DNA of 61,933 nt, filler included. It is 6 parts of 6 records of this genome, joined end to end, with 100 filler letters (N's around TTAATTAATTAA, not from the genome) between each part and the next. Parts side by side here need not be neighbours in the genome. Positions count along the whole stretch, not along the records: positions 1 to 6,668 come from SRR2962707_3075; positions 6,769 to 15,905 come from SRR2962707_3078; 4 more parts are not named here. One strand, given 5' to 3'. This document shows, one piece after another, positions 1-10,000 of this stretch (its first letter is position 1; each line of letters begins with the position of its first letter). The notes beneath the pieces are model-generated. The model was not told the DNA's origin, searched no databases, and saw only the letters and a program-made list of their open reading frames with translations. The translations under genes were made by a program, and so were the position numbers.

Positions 1-144
1 CTTCCGATCTTCACCCGCTCCGAATCTTCCTTTCTCCCGCAAATAACACCTCCGTCACCAGCAGGGTGGAACGAGCCTTGTCAGGATGCGGTATCCTCTC
101 TTCCTGGAAAACGATTCTGAAGACCAACGGATGAAGGACGCGAT

Positions 145-366
145 ATGAGGAAGTGGTTCTGGGGAGTGGCGGCGCTCTTCTTGCTCGCCGGTTGTGGTGG
201 CAATGATCTGACGGCGGTCACGCTGGACAAGTTCACGGTGATGTTGATCGACGGCAAGGAGAGGAAGGCCGCGATCTGTCTCAGGAAGCTCAATGCCCAG
301 GGTGATGGCATGATTGCCGGCTGTGGTGAGTGGACGCCGATCGATGTGGTGCATAAGACGCTTTAG
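145..366 (+). CDS. Small hypothetical lipoprotein (73 aa)
   Basis: Signal peptide MRKWFWGVAALFLLAG-C with LAGC lipobox; GAAGGA upstream of the ATG. Confidence 0.6.
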   Translation: MRKWFWGVAALFLLAGCGGNDLTAVTLDKFTVMLIDGKERKAAICLRKLNAQGDGMIAGCGEWTPIDVVHKTL

Positions 367-429
367 TCGCGCGCTGGCAGTTCTGGCCGAACTTATCCGC
401 ATTTTCTCCCTTTTCCATGTTTGCCTCTC

Positions 430-456
430 TTATAGTAACAATTGATGTTACAATAA
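430..456. promoter_or_regulatory. Palindromic operator TTATAGTAACA-N5-TGTTACAATAA upstream of the methyltransferase (Rrf2-type-like)
   Basis: 11-bp inverted repeat with 1 mismatch, AT-rich within a GC-rich contig, ending 28 nt before ATG 484. Confidence 0.55.
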
Positions 457-483
457 GGCGAAACGGCATCCCTGGAAGCTTCC

Positions 484-1158
484 ATGTCCTCTTTTTCCGA
501 TCCCCAATCCGTTGTCCGGTACGCCGATGGTCCGGTCAGACAGGTGCCGGGTTTCCATGCGCTGCAGAGAATGGCGGAATTGCTGCTGGCGGAACGCGTT
601 CCCGAACAGGGGCATGTTCTGGTGTTGGGCGCTGGTGGTGGCCTGGAGCTAAAGGCCTTCGCGCAAGCCCGGTCCGGGTGGCGTTTTTTGGGCGTTGATC
701 CCTCGGCGCGGATGCTGACGCTGGCGGTGGATACGCTGGGCCCGTTCGCGGACCGTGTGGAGCTTCTCGAGGGCTATATCGACCAGGCGCCGGACATGGC
801 TTTCGACGGTGCCACCTGCCTGTTGACCTTGCACTTTCTATCGATGGAGCAGCGTCGGCACACGCTTGAAGCGCTGCGGTGCCGCTTGAAACCCGGGGCG
901 CCGCTGGTGGTGGCCCATCACAGTTTTCCCCAGGACGAGGATGAGAAACTGCGCTGGCTGAAGCGTTATGCTGCTTTCGCGGCGTCGTCCGGGGTTGCCG
1001 GAGTTGATGCCGAAAGAGCCATCGAAGCCATTGGCGCCCGGCTGCCCTTGCTTGCCCCGGAGCAGGAGGAGGCTCTGTTGCGGGAAGCGGGCTTCGAAGG
1101 GTCTGAGCTGTTTTACGCCGGATTCACCTTCAAGGGCTGGGTTGCTTACGCTCCTTGA
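484..1158 (+). CDS. Class I SAM-dependent methyltransferase (CmoA-like)
   Basis: Motif I VLVLGAGGG, GVDPS, FDGATCLLTLHFL, LKPGA. Confidence 0.88.
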   Translation: MSSFSDPQSVVRYADGPVRQVPGFHALQRMAELLLAERVPEQGHVLVLGAGGGLELKAFAQARSGWRFLGVDPSARMLTLAVDTLGPFADRVELLEGYIDQAPDMAFDGATCLLTLHFLSMEQRRHTLEALRCRLKPGAPLVVAHHSFPQDEDEKLRWLKRYAAFAASSGVAGVDAERAIEAIGARLPLLAPEQEEALLREAGFEGSELFYAGFTFKGWVAYAP

Positions 1159-1164
1159 AGCCGG

Positions 1165-2409
1165 TTAGAGCCGGAAGGCCTCCAGCCGTTCCACCTGCAG
1201 GCGCAGTCCGTCTTCACCCAGGTAGTGCGCGAGTTTGCCCTGTCTAACCTTTTCCAAACTCGTACGCAATGACGTCAACAGTGCTTGTTTTTGTTGCGGC
1301 AGGGTGGCGCGCTGCTGTACGGACAGCTGTTCGGCGATGCAGTGGGCGCTGTCGGGGACACCATGGAGGACGCAGCGCAGTGTTGCCTGTACCGAGGCCT
1401 GATCGGGGTGGGTCAGCAGGCGGGCCACCAACGCCTTGGGGACAGGACCGTTAACGTCGTCCAGCAGCCGTTCGGGGAGCGGTGGATTACGCTCAAGCAG
1501 GGCTTGAAAGACTGACCAGGCATTGTTGATAACAGCCAGGGAAAGCGGACCCATGTCGCCGCGTAACGGAATATCCAGCGCGACACCGCGGTCGAGCAAT
1601 TGCCTGAGCAGGGCGGCATCGTCCTGTTGAATAGCGTGACTCAGAGCCAGCGTGGCAAGAAGAGGATTGTCGCTCAGGGTGCCGGTTTCCAGCGCGCCCC
1701 GCCAATCCAGCACGGCTTGCCGGTAAAAGCCGATGACCTTATCGGCCAGAGCGGCGGGCAAGTCATGGTCCTGCCGGCGGGAGTCCAGATACTCCAAGAA
1801 TTCCAGACCGGTATCGGCGCCGTCGTCGGAGACCGGATCTTTTTCCAGTCCAAGGCATTGAAAAGCCTCCCGCAGAGTCGGTGCTATGGTGGCCAGGCCG
1901 TCCTCGTGCATGGCGTGGCGCCAGGCTGGCGGCAAGCCCATTTTCCAAGCCAGGGTGTGGCCGTAATCCAGGGCGTTATGGTCGGTGACCACATAGATGC
2001 GGTCGCAGTATTCGAAGCCACCGATGGGCAGGGCTTCAATTTTGCCGTCCCAATTATGTCCACGCGCCTCGGCGGCTTCTTCAGCAAGCGCCTGTTCGTG
2101 CTCGATCCAGCCGGGCAGATCACGATAGCCTTCGCTGTCGTGGTAGAACAGCTCGGCCCAGGAAATCGCTTCCTGATTGCCCTGCATGGTCAAGCGCAGA
2201 TCGTAGTCCAAGCGGCCGCCAGCGGTGAGCCGCCAGAGCGACAGCAGGTCTTCGGGCAGGGAGCCACGAATGCGCTGGCGAATGTCCCGCAACGCATCCT
2301 CGCTGATGGGAGGCCGTGCTTCAAAGATGACGCGGTCGGCCCAGATCACGATATCGTGCTTACGCAGTTGCTGAAGTTCATCCTGGGTGAAGGTGTTGGA
2401 GAGATCCAT
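1165..2409 (-). CDS. SMI1/KNR4 (SUKH) family protein with a degenerate ankyrin-like C-terminus
   Basis: SLPEDLLSLWRLTAGG and LPIGG SUKH-like motifs; ALSHAIQQDD..LLDRG and PLSLAVINN ankyrin-like repeats. Confidence 0.7.
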   Translation of the reverse strand: MDLSNTFTQDELQQLRKHDIVIWADRVIFEARPPISEDALRDIRQRIRGSLPEDLLSLWRLTAGGRLDYDLRLTMQGNQEAISWAELFYHDSEGYRDLPGWIEHEQALAEEAAEARGHNWDGKIEALPIGGFEYCDRIYVVTDHNALDYGHTLAWKMGLPPAWRHAMHEDGLATIAPTLREAFQCLGLEKDPVSDDGADTGLEFLEYLDSRRQDHDLPAALADKVIGFYRQAVLDWRGALETGTLSDNPLLATLALSHAIQQDDAALLRQLLDRGVALDIPLRGDMGPLSLAVINNAWSVFQALLERNPPLPERLLDDVNGPVPKALVARLLTHPDQASVQATLRCVLHGVPDSAHCIAEQLSVQQRATLPQQKQALLTSLRTSLEKVRQGKLAHYLGEDGLRLQVERLEAFRL

Positions 2410-2501
2410 TCCGGTTCGGTGCGGTGTCCAATGGGAAAGTCAGCTTACCATGACGCGGGCCAGGGTTTGCTGACCATGGCGGGGGGAGTTACAAGCCCAT
2501 C

Positions 2502-2540
2502 AAAAAGCCGAAGCCCGCGCGAACACGGACTTCGGCTGTT
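2502..2540 (-). terminator. Intrinsic terminator of the peroxiredoxin gene
   Basis: Minus strand AGCCGAAGTCCG-loop-CGGGCTTCGGCT followed by a T-tract. Confidence 0.7.
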
Positions 2541-2572
2541 CAGGTCGCCGCTCTGACAGAGGGCGGAACGGT

Positions 2573-3211
2573 TCAGCTGGTTTTCGGTTGCTTGACCATC
2601 CGCAGGTAGGGCTTTTTCTCATCCCAGCCTTCGGGGAACAGCTTTTGTGCGTCCTCGTTGCTGAGCGAGGGAACGATGATGACGTCGTCGCCGTCGTTCC
2701 AGTTCACCGGCGTCGCCACTTTGTAGCCATCGGTGAGTTGCAGGCTGTCGATGACCCGCAGAATCTCGTCGAAGTTGCGGCCGGTGCTGGCCGGGTAGGT
2801 AATGGTGAGACGGATCTTCTTGTTCGGGTCGATGACAAACACGCTGCGCACGGTCAGGGTGTCGTTGGCGTTGGGATGGATCATGCCATACAGATTGGCG
2901 ACCTTGCGGTCGGCGTCGGCCAGCAGCGGGAAGTTCAGAGCCTGTCCCTGAGTTTCCTCGATGTCGCCGCACCAGGCATTGTGATCATCGAGCGGGTCCA
3001 CTGACAGACCGATGACCTTGGCGTTGCGTTTCTCGAATTCCGGTTTCAGCCGGGCCACTTCTCCCAGCTCGGTGGTGCACACCGGGGTGAAATCCTTGGG
3101 ATGGGAAAACAGCACCACCCAGTTGTCCCCGGCCCATTGGTGGAAGGAAATCGGACCGTCGGTGGACTCCTGGTTGAAGTCCGGCGCGGTATCACCCAAT
3201 TGCAGTGCCAT
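2573..3211 (-). CDS. 1-Cys peroxiredoxin (Prx6/LsfA type)
   Basis: FSHPKDFTPVCTTE motif and YPASTGRNFDEILRV; start MALQLGD at 3211 with AGGAGG RBS. Confidence 0.95.
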   Translation of the reverse strand: MALQLGDTAPDFNQESTDGPISFHQWAGDNWVVLFSHPKDFTPVCTTELGEVARLKPEFEKRNAKVIGLSVDPLDDHNAWCGDIEETQGQALNFPLLADADRKVANLYGMIHPNANDTLTVRSVFVIDPNKKIRLTITYPASTGRNFDEILRVIDSLQLTDGYKVATPVNWNDGDDVIIVPSLSNEDAQKLFPEGWDEKKPYLRMVKQPKTS

Positions 3212-3363
3212 GCTAAGCCTCCTTTTTGTTTGGCTGATAGCCATGTTGGCTGACAGTTATGTTGGTTGACAGCTCCAGAGAACATAGAGGTTCATGATGA
3301 CGCTTTAAAGGGGGCGGCAAGACGGAATTGCGCTAAGCATCTTCTTCGTGCTTATTAGTGCTC

Positions 3364-4872
3364 TTAGTGCGACAGATCGTTGGCGCTGACGCGCCGGTGT
3401 TCCGGATCGTCGGGGGAATACGCCAGTTGCAACCGGTTGAGCGTGCGTTCCTCCAGTTGATCCAGCCGTTGGCGGCAGGCCAGGAAGGTCCGGCTGATAC
3501 GGGTGGAGTTGCCGATCATGTCGAGTTTGGGCCAGGTGGTGCGTTCGCCCAGACTGATGAAGTTGCGCACATCGTCCATGCTGGGGTTGCGCAGTATGCG
3601 CAGCAGATTCAGCGGCTGGCGTGGCGGGATCAGATTGATGTCGCCGATGTAGCGTTGCTTGACCACGTTTTGCGCCTTGCTGATCAGCAGCCCCAGATCG
3701 TTGGAGCGCACCCGCCGCTGCGCCAGTTCCAGTGCGTAGTTCAGATTCATGGACAGGTTGCGCACGCCCCAATCGGCCAGGGTGCTGAAGCTGGAATCGG
3801 TGCTCTCGCTGCGTGACAGGAACGGCACTACGTGGGGATTGGTCTGGCTGACGATGGAGTGGTTGACGCCGAACAGGCGTGCCAGACGCCGCACCGGCAG
3901 GTCATCCTGGATCGAGCCGTCGACGAATTTGCGCCCGGGAATGTAAGGGACCCGCTCGCCGTCGATGTTCTTGGCCCACAGGCTCACCGGAGGGTAGATG
4001 CCGGGAATCGCGCAACTGGCCAGGGAAGCCTTGCGGATCAAAACGTTGGGTGAGGTGCGCCAGTTCAGCAGCCGACTATGCTGGTTGCGGTCATAGGGGC
4101 TGACGGTGATGTTGATCTCGCGGCCGGTCTTGCGATAGGCCTCCTCGAAGGTGAGGTCGGGAATGTTCTCTTCCAGGCAAGCTTCCAGATGATCGCCGTC
4201 CAGTACCGGCGTGCCGCGTACCAGGCCCTTCCAGCCGGCGGCGCGGAACGCTTCCAGATAAAGGTTCTCCGGGCGCAGTTTTTCCGCCAGTTCATCATTG
4301 CTGTGCGTGCCCACCACCGACGCGACGATACTGCCGGCGCTGGAGCCGGAGATCACGCACGGTAACAGGCCCTGTTCCCACAGGCTTTTCACCACGCCCA
4401 CATGGAATAGCCCGAGGGCGGCGCCGCCGGACAGCATCAGGCCGCTCTGACCGAACGCCTGACCGGTGGTTTCGAAGAAATCCAGTTTCTGTTTCAGGCC
4501 AAATTGTTCGAAGGACTCGTCGCACAGATAGTTCAGGGCGGCGCAGACTTCGTCCAGGTAGCGCTCGATCAGATGCTTGGTACCGACCCGGCTGTGGCGG
4601 TACAGTGCCGGATTGGAAATGTTGCCGAGATTGCCGTGCAGGCCCTCGTGGAGGTGGAACACCAGCTTGTTGACATTGTGCCGCTCGCGGGCCTGGCGAA
4701 TTTGCCAGAGCCGGTTGCGGATCAACTCGTAATCGTAGTGTGGGGAGCGGTCGATGTCCTTCCATTCATCGGCGCCGGATATCCGGTCGTGTTCCAGACT
4801 GGCTTCCAGCCACGCCTGATAGGTGGTGGCGTTGGCGATGTCGCGCTCGAGTTGCTTGAGCGTCCGATTCAT
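3364..4872 (-). CDS. DUF3336-patatin triacylglycerol lipase (TGL3/4, SDP1-like)
   Basis: N-terminal DUF3336-like region (YDYELI..RL, GTKHLIERY); GGAALG oxyanion hole, GSSAG nucleophile, DGS. Confidence 0.88.
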   Translation of the reverse strand: MNRTLKQLERDIANATTYQAWLEASLEHDRISGADEWKDIDRSPHYDYELIRNRLWQIRQARERHNVNKLVFHLHEGLHGNLGNISNPALYRHSRVGTKHLIERYLDEVCAALNYLCDESFEQFGLKQKLDFFETTGQAFGQSGLMLSGGAALGLFHVGVVKSLWEQGLLPCVISGSSAGSIVASVVGTHSNDELAEKLRPENLYLEAFRAAGWKGLVRGTPVLDGDHLEACLEENIPDLTFEEAYRKTGREINITVSPYDRNQHSRLLNWRTSPNVLIRKASLASCAIPGIYPPVSLWAKNIDGERVPYIPGRKFVDGSIQDDLPVRRLARLFGVNHSIVSQTNPHVVPFLSRSESTDSSFSTLADWGVRNLSMNLNYALELAQRRVRSNDLGLLISKAQNVVKQRYIGDINLIPPRQPLNLLRILRNPSMDDVRNFISLGERTTWPKLDMIGNSTRISRTFLACRQRLDQLEERTLNRLQLAYSPDDPEHRRVSANDLSH

Positions 4873-5204
4873 GCGGATCTCCCTGGCTGACGACCGGCCC
4901 GTGGGCGGGCCGCCGATCTCGCTGCCGGCCCATGGGCGGACCGGAGATGTTTATTGTTGAGTACTTCGTGTTGAGTGTTCCGTGGTTACGCCAATGCATG
5001 ACTAGCACAACCGGATTGCGATTCAGTGTAGCCGTCCCTTCCGGCGGCATCGCTTCTGAATTGTCGGACAATACCGCAAAAAGTGACATTGACCGATGGC
5101 AGAGTGGCTGGCGGCGCGGAGGTCAGGCCGACAGTGAGTGTATTGGCGGGAAACAGGGTAACCACAGGGCCTCCACCATCTGGGGGGCCCTGCGGAAAAG
5201 AGGA

Positions 5205-5903
5205 TCAGCGCAACTGGAAGGTAACCATGACCTGAGCGCTCAGGTCCTGCTCACCAGGGCGATAGCTTTCCTGTACCGCGTCCTTGGCCATGGCGGCACG
5301 CATCATCGGTACCGGATGGCTCTGGCTCTGCACATTGATGGTAATGGCCGGGCCGAGCTTGCGGTCCGCTGCCTTGGCGACGATTTCAGCCTTGGCGCGG
5401 GCATCTTCCACCGCTGCTTCCAGCGCCTGCTGGTTCAGCTCGGCGGCGTTGCTGATATCGGTGCCGGCCGGGGAAATGTCCTTCAGGCCCAGTTTGGTCA
5501 GGCCGTCGGCCAGTTCCGCATAGACCTCGATTCCCTTGACCTGGAAGCGCACTTCCCGCGCCACTTCATGGCCGATCAGCTTGCGTTCCGGCTGGTACTG
5601 CCACTGCGGGGTAACGCGAATATCGGTAGCGGTGACGTCTTTCTCCTCGATATCCAGGGAATCGGCCAGATCCAGCATGGCCTTGACCTGATCGTCCACG
5701 CGACCCTTCATGGTGGCGATGTCATCACCGGTTTCCCGGGCCGTTGCCTGCAGATTGAAAATATCCGGCTGACCGCTGACGTTACCCTCGCCGGACACGG
5801 TAATGGTGTCGCGCTCTCCGGTGGCGGTGCCGCTGTCCGTGCCGCAGGCGCTCAGCCCCAGAACGGCCAGAGCGACGACGAAAAGAGCCGGTTTGTTGCG
5901 CAT
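5205..5903 (-). CDS. SIMPL/BP26 (DUF541) domain lipoprotein
   Basis: LSAC lipobox; ITVSGEG..PD; AVEDARAKAE; C-terminal PGEQ..SAQV.VTFQL. Confidence 0.88.
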   Translation of the reverse strand: MRNKPALFVVALAVLGLSACGTDSGTATGERDTITVSGEGNVSGQPDIFNLQATARETGDDIATMKGRVDDQVKAMLDLADSLDIEEKDVTATDIRVTPQWQYQPERKLIGHEVAREVRFQVKGIEVYAELADGLTKLGLKDISPAGTDISNAAELNQQALEAAVEDARAKAEIVAKAADRKLGPAITINVQSQSHPVPMMRAAMAKDAVQESYRPGEQDLSAQVMVTFQLR

Positions 5904-6005
5904 TGTGATACTCCCTTATTCATTGGTTATGAGGTAATTCCGGTTGCGACCTTGGTTGTGTTACCGGGGAACTTTATCATTCCTGGTTCATCATCAGGAG
6001 GTTCC

Positions 6006-6668
6006 ATGGCGGAAGTCGAACAGGCGGTTAGACAGGTTCTTGGCGATTTGATCCCGGAAGATTTGCAAACCGACCTGATCAGCGCCGGCGCCCTGTCGGC
6101 GCTGCGGGTGGATCAGGATCAGGTGCGGCTGGAGATTACCCTGGGCTACCCCTGCGCATCGGTGCTGCCGGCGCTGCGCGAGCGTATTCGTGCCGCGGTG
6201 GAGGAGGTGATCGAAGGGCGTCGTCTGCTGCTGGCGGTAACAGTGGCGATCAAGCCGCACCGCGCCCAGGGTGGCATGCCGGCCATGGCTCAGGTGACCA
6301 ATGTGATCGCGGTGGCGTCCGGCAAGGGCGGGGTGGGCAAATCCACCACCGCGGTGAATCTGGCTCTGGCACTGAGCCGGGAAGGCGCCCGCGTCGGTAT
6401 TCTCGACGCCGACATCTTCGGCCCCAGCCAGCCGCTGATGCTGGGGCTGCCGGAGGGCACGCGGCCACAGGTGCGTGACGGCAATCGGTTCGTGCCGGTG
6501 GAGGCCCTCGGCCTGCAAAGCATGTCCATGGGCTACCTGATCACCGAGCAGACACCGGTGGTCTGGCGTGGCCCCAAGGCCAGCGGCGCGCTGACGCAAA
6601 TGATGCAGCAGACGTTGTGGCACCAACTGGATTATCTGATCGTCGATCTGCCGCCGGGCACCGGTGAC
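6006..6668 (+). CDS. apbC: Fe-S cluster carrier Mrp/ApbC ATPase (3'-truncated)
   Basis: ASGKGGVGKSTT, DADIFGPS, WRGP, DLPPGTGD; CAGGAGG RBS before ATG 6006. Confidence 0.93.
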
Positions 6669-6768
6669 NNNNNNNNNNNNNNNNNNNNNNNNNNNNNNNN
6701 NNNNNNNNNNNNTTAATTAATTAANNNNNNNNNNNNNNNNNNNNNNNNNNNNNNNNNNNNNNNNNNNN
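6669..6768. other. Artificial contig spacer (N44-TTAATTAATTAA-N44)
   Basis: Six-frame-stop linker within an N-run; the same structure occurs 5 times. Confidence 0.98.
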
Positions 6769-6794
6769 ACAACAACAACAACAACAACAACAAC
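6769..6794 (+). repeat. (CAA)n microsatellite at contig end
   Basis: acaacaacaacaacaacaacaacaac. Confidence 0.9.
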
Positions 6795-7061
6795 GTGTTC
6801 TACTTGAGTCGCAAAACCGCGCCACTGACAAAACCAGTTTTTCTGCGCAAAGGTAAGGCTTCGAAATAATATGGTTATTTGACAATAAAGCCAGTGTTAC
6901 GGTGAGACGCAATCCCATGGCAATGTCCGCAACATGTACATGTGTGAATGTCCTCTTTCACCCATCACGTTCGCGGTGGTCGAGCGACGAGGGCTGACAT
7001 GGTGCGTGGGGCACGCCTGTTCGAGTAGATAGGTGGCATTGACCTTGGCGAAGTCCAAATT

Positions 7062-10000
7062 CTATCGCCATACCTTGACAACGCCGTCTCGACTGCTGGA
7101 GATCAGCAGCCGCTGCGGTTCCAACATGTTGAGCGCCAAAATCGAGTCCTCATGGAGGCCAGATGCGACTTTTGGCCCGCGGAAGCGACCGCTGTCGTCC
7201 AGAGTGAGGTCACTTCCCTCTGCCACGCCGATATTATCGGCGATTGACGCAGAATCGAAAGCATCGTCGGCACTTGAGGCTGAGCTGGCGCGTTTTTTGC
7301 GAGAACTGGCCCCAGGGGACTTGTCTCCGTGAGACGGAGACGACGAAAACAGGCGGTTGGACGGATTATCCAGAGCCTCGAAGCAGCAGCTGAGCTGTTC
7401 TTTGCGCCCATAGATACTGGACTCGCGATCACGATGGCCATGACCAGAAAACGTGAGCGAGTGTTGCACTCCACGCCGCAAGTTCCAAAATCGGATTGCA
7501 CGATCGTCACCTCCGGTGAACATGAAGGCTGCAGGCATGCCGCGGTGACCGGACGGGTCCGCAATGCACCGAGACGGAGTAAAGAAGGTCCGTACCTGCG
7601 GAAGATGCGCGTGAGCAACGCTGGTCCGGTGCCTCACGTTTTCGGCACGAACAACATGCCGTTGAATGTACGACAGTGGCAGAAGCGATCCTTGTCGCCG
7701 ACGCTCGCGCGCAGTTGGGATTGGAATCTCCTCGAGGAATTCCACATCAGGAAAGTCTTCGTGGTCCGCATCCATGTGCGTTGACAAAAACGTGTGGCGC
7801 AGCATGCCTGTCGAAACGTCGACAACGAACAGCGTGTTTGCCCCAACTGCCACCGTAACAATGGGCTGATTCTCCCACGCATGGTAAGAGCTGGCGTAGG
7901 TAAAGTCTCGCGTTGTTTGGGGCTGGGGAACAAATTGGTTTGTGAACAAGTTCAGTTCTGGCGTGCACTTGACAGAATTAATGCAGATACTCGCATCCAT
8001 ATCGTAGGAGCGGACAAGGGGAACGACACTCCACAATTTGAGCAGAAGTTGATACCTTTGCAGCAAAAGTGGCCATAATTCACGGTCCAGTGCAAGGAGG
8101 TGATAGCATGCACATAGCTACCAGGCAGACACTAACGTAGCAACGCAACGAACCGTAAATCGTAAACCATCAAAAAACCGTTGCTCGTTCCGGCAACAAG
8201 CCATTGCCCATCTCCTCCCATCGCAATGTCAGTGATGCGGCCCAGTTCTGGCGCAACGGGGATCGCCCATGGTGCACGGCGTTGCCGCATATCCCATGCG
8301 TGCAAACCAACATTGTGGGTTGCGTAAACTAGCAGAGACGAAATTTGGGTGCCTAAAATAAACAGAGAACGTGTGAAACAGCTTCACAATGAGTGCTCGA
8401 AGTATGCGAGAAACGTCCAGGGGTATGAAAAGGCAACGAACCGCGCACCAAAACGTACTCAGATGTTCGATAGCAACGATTGCACCATGCGCCAAATCGC
8501 TTCCACGCGAGCTGCTGGCGCTGTGAAGGTCCTGCAACAAAGGGGCATGGCATACGATGCGCGACTTGCGCTGCATCGCACGGGCATGCATGCTGTTCAA
8601 CGTCGTTGCCGTCGCAGCCATGTTGGGATCCGACGGAGCTCGAATTGAAGAGCTGCTTGACCTCGGTGTGGAACTCGAGTCGTCATCGGGCTGGCCATCG
8701 CCAGAGGCCCCACCGGCGTCTGGGTAGTTGATCGAGCCACTGTCCATTTGGTCTGCGGCATCAGGCGTGGCAGAACTTTTCCCCCCTGACATCAGCAACT
8801 CCACGCGAAAAAGGCTAAGCTCACCCGCCTTGTTGCCGACAGCAATAGAACGCGAGTTGTCGCAGCACTTCAAGGCTGTCACAGCGGGCGGATGCGCTGA
8901 AGCGCTGCTGTTGGCGCTTCCAGCAGCGCCACCGCAATGGATGGTCCGGGCCGACATCATGATAGATCGATCTCCCAAACGCGAAGCAAGCCATATTTTT
9001 ACCGTCCCTAGCGCAAGTTGGGCAGAGCAACATCATTAAAAAAGGTAAGGCGAATGAAATCACCGAAAGCCAGAACTCTTGTGCAACGCAGTGTGAACTC
9101 AAGCCAAAAATCGTCTGCACGCACCATCGTCTGCGCCTGTCGCGAAAAATGATTCGTCTTCGGCGACCTCGACGAAGCGAACCGCGCCAAGGTGCTCCGT
9201 GGATTGATGAACTAAAATTCCACGAGGGACCCAATAGTCCAGCTCACGCAAGCCTTCTGCGCCGGCGGAGGCGACCAGGCCAAGTTCTTCCATATCGCCA
9301 AGGTCGACCAAGTGTGCCATGCGCTGCATTCCCCAAACACGCATTCCGAGACCCAGAGCGACATCGTTTTTTCCAGGGACGATTAAGTTCACCTGTTGTA
9401 AACCATTGTCGGCCGCGGCCCCGGCACTTCCATTCCCATTGTTGCTGGTTGCACTTGCACCACCGCCATTTGCATCGCCATTGGCTGCATCGCTACCCCC
9501 GTTCCCATCGCCGTTCCGCAGCGAGACTGGCTCTTTGCAAACGTCACACATGAGCTCATACCTATGCAATCAGCGCATTTTGGGGTGAGTGACGAAACAG
9601 AAACCAGTGCCGCGCGGCTTCTCTCGATTTGCCATCTCCAATGTTACTTCCAGCAAATAACTGGCTTACTTTGAGAATTCTTTCATGGTGTCGAGGGTCA
9701 AGCCACCCAGGTCTTGAGGGAGTGATGGAATGTCCAACGCTTTAATGCGCTGCAACAATGTGTGTGTGTCCAACAGTACTTGCTGGCGGCGATACTTCGA
9801 GCCTGTAGAGGAGGGTGCGCGTCAGACACAAATTCAACTCCATGCAGCAGGCATCTCGGCACCACCACACTCCGCAAAATCCGCAACGAACCACTGGCGC
9901 TGCCAATGGCAGAGTCGGAAACCCCAGGGAAAGTAGACACTTGCTGGACACGAAGGTTGAAATTGCGGCGGATCTCGTTGTATGTTTCGTCTTCGGCACG

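Noticed and set aside
1-10. CTTCCGATCT at the window start
   Set aside because: Matches the 3' end of the Illumina adapter (GCTCTTCCGATCT); probably an untrimmed remnant rather than biology.
1600-2556. Long antisense ORFs (also 15950-17269, 18948-19898, 56443-57420, 57858-58835, 60225-61283)
   Set aside because: Shadow frames of well-supported genes, with no motifs of their own.
4932-6005. Apparent 358-aa N-terminal extension of Mrp/ApbC
   Set aside because: Antisense shadow of the SIMPL gene in high-GC DNA; the real start with RBS is at 6006.
9400-9520. Gly/Asn/Ala low-complexity run in the eukaryotic contig
   Set aside because: Ordinary disordered coding linker within a VPS15 exon.
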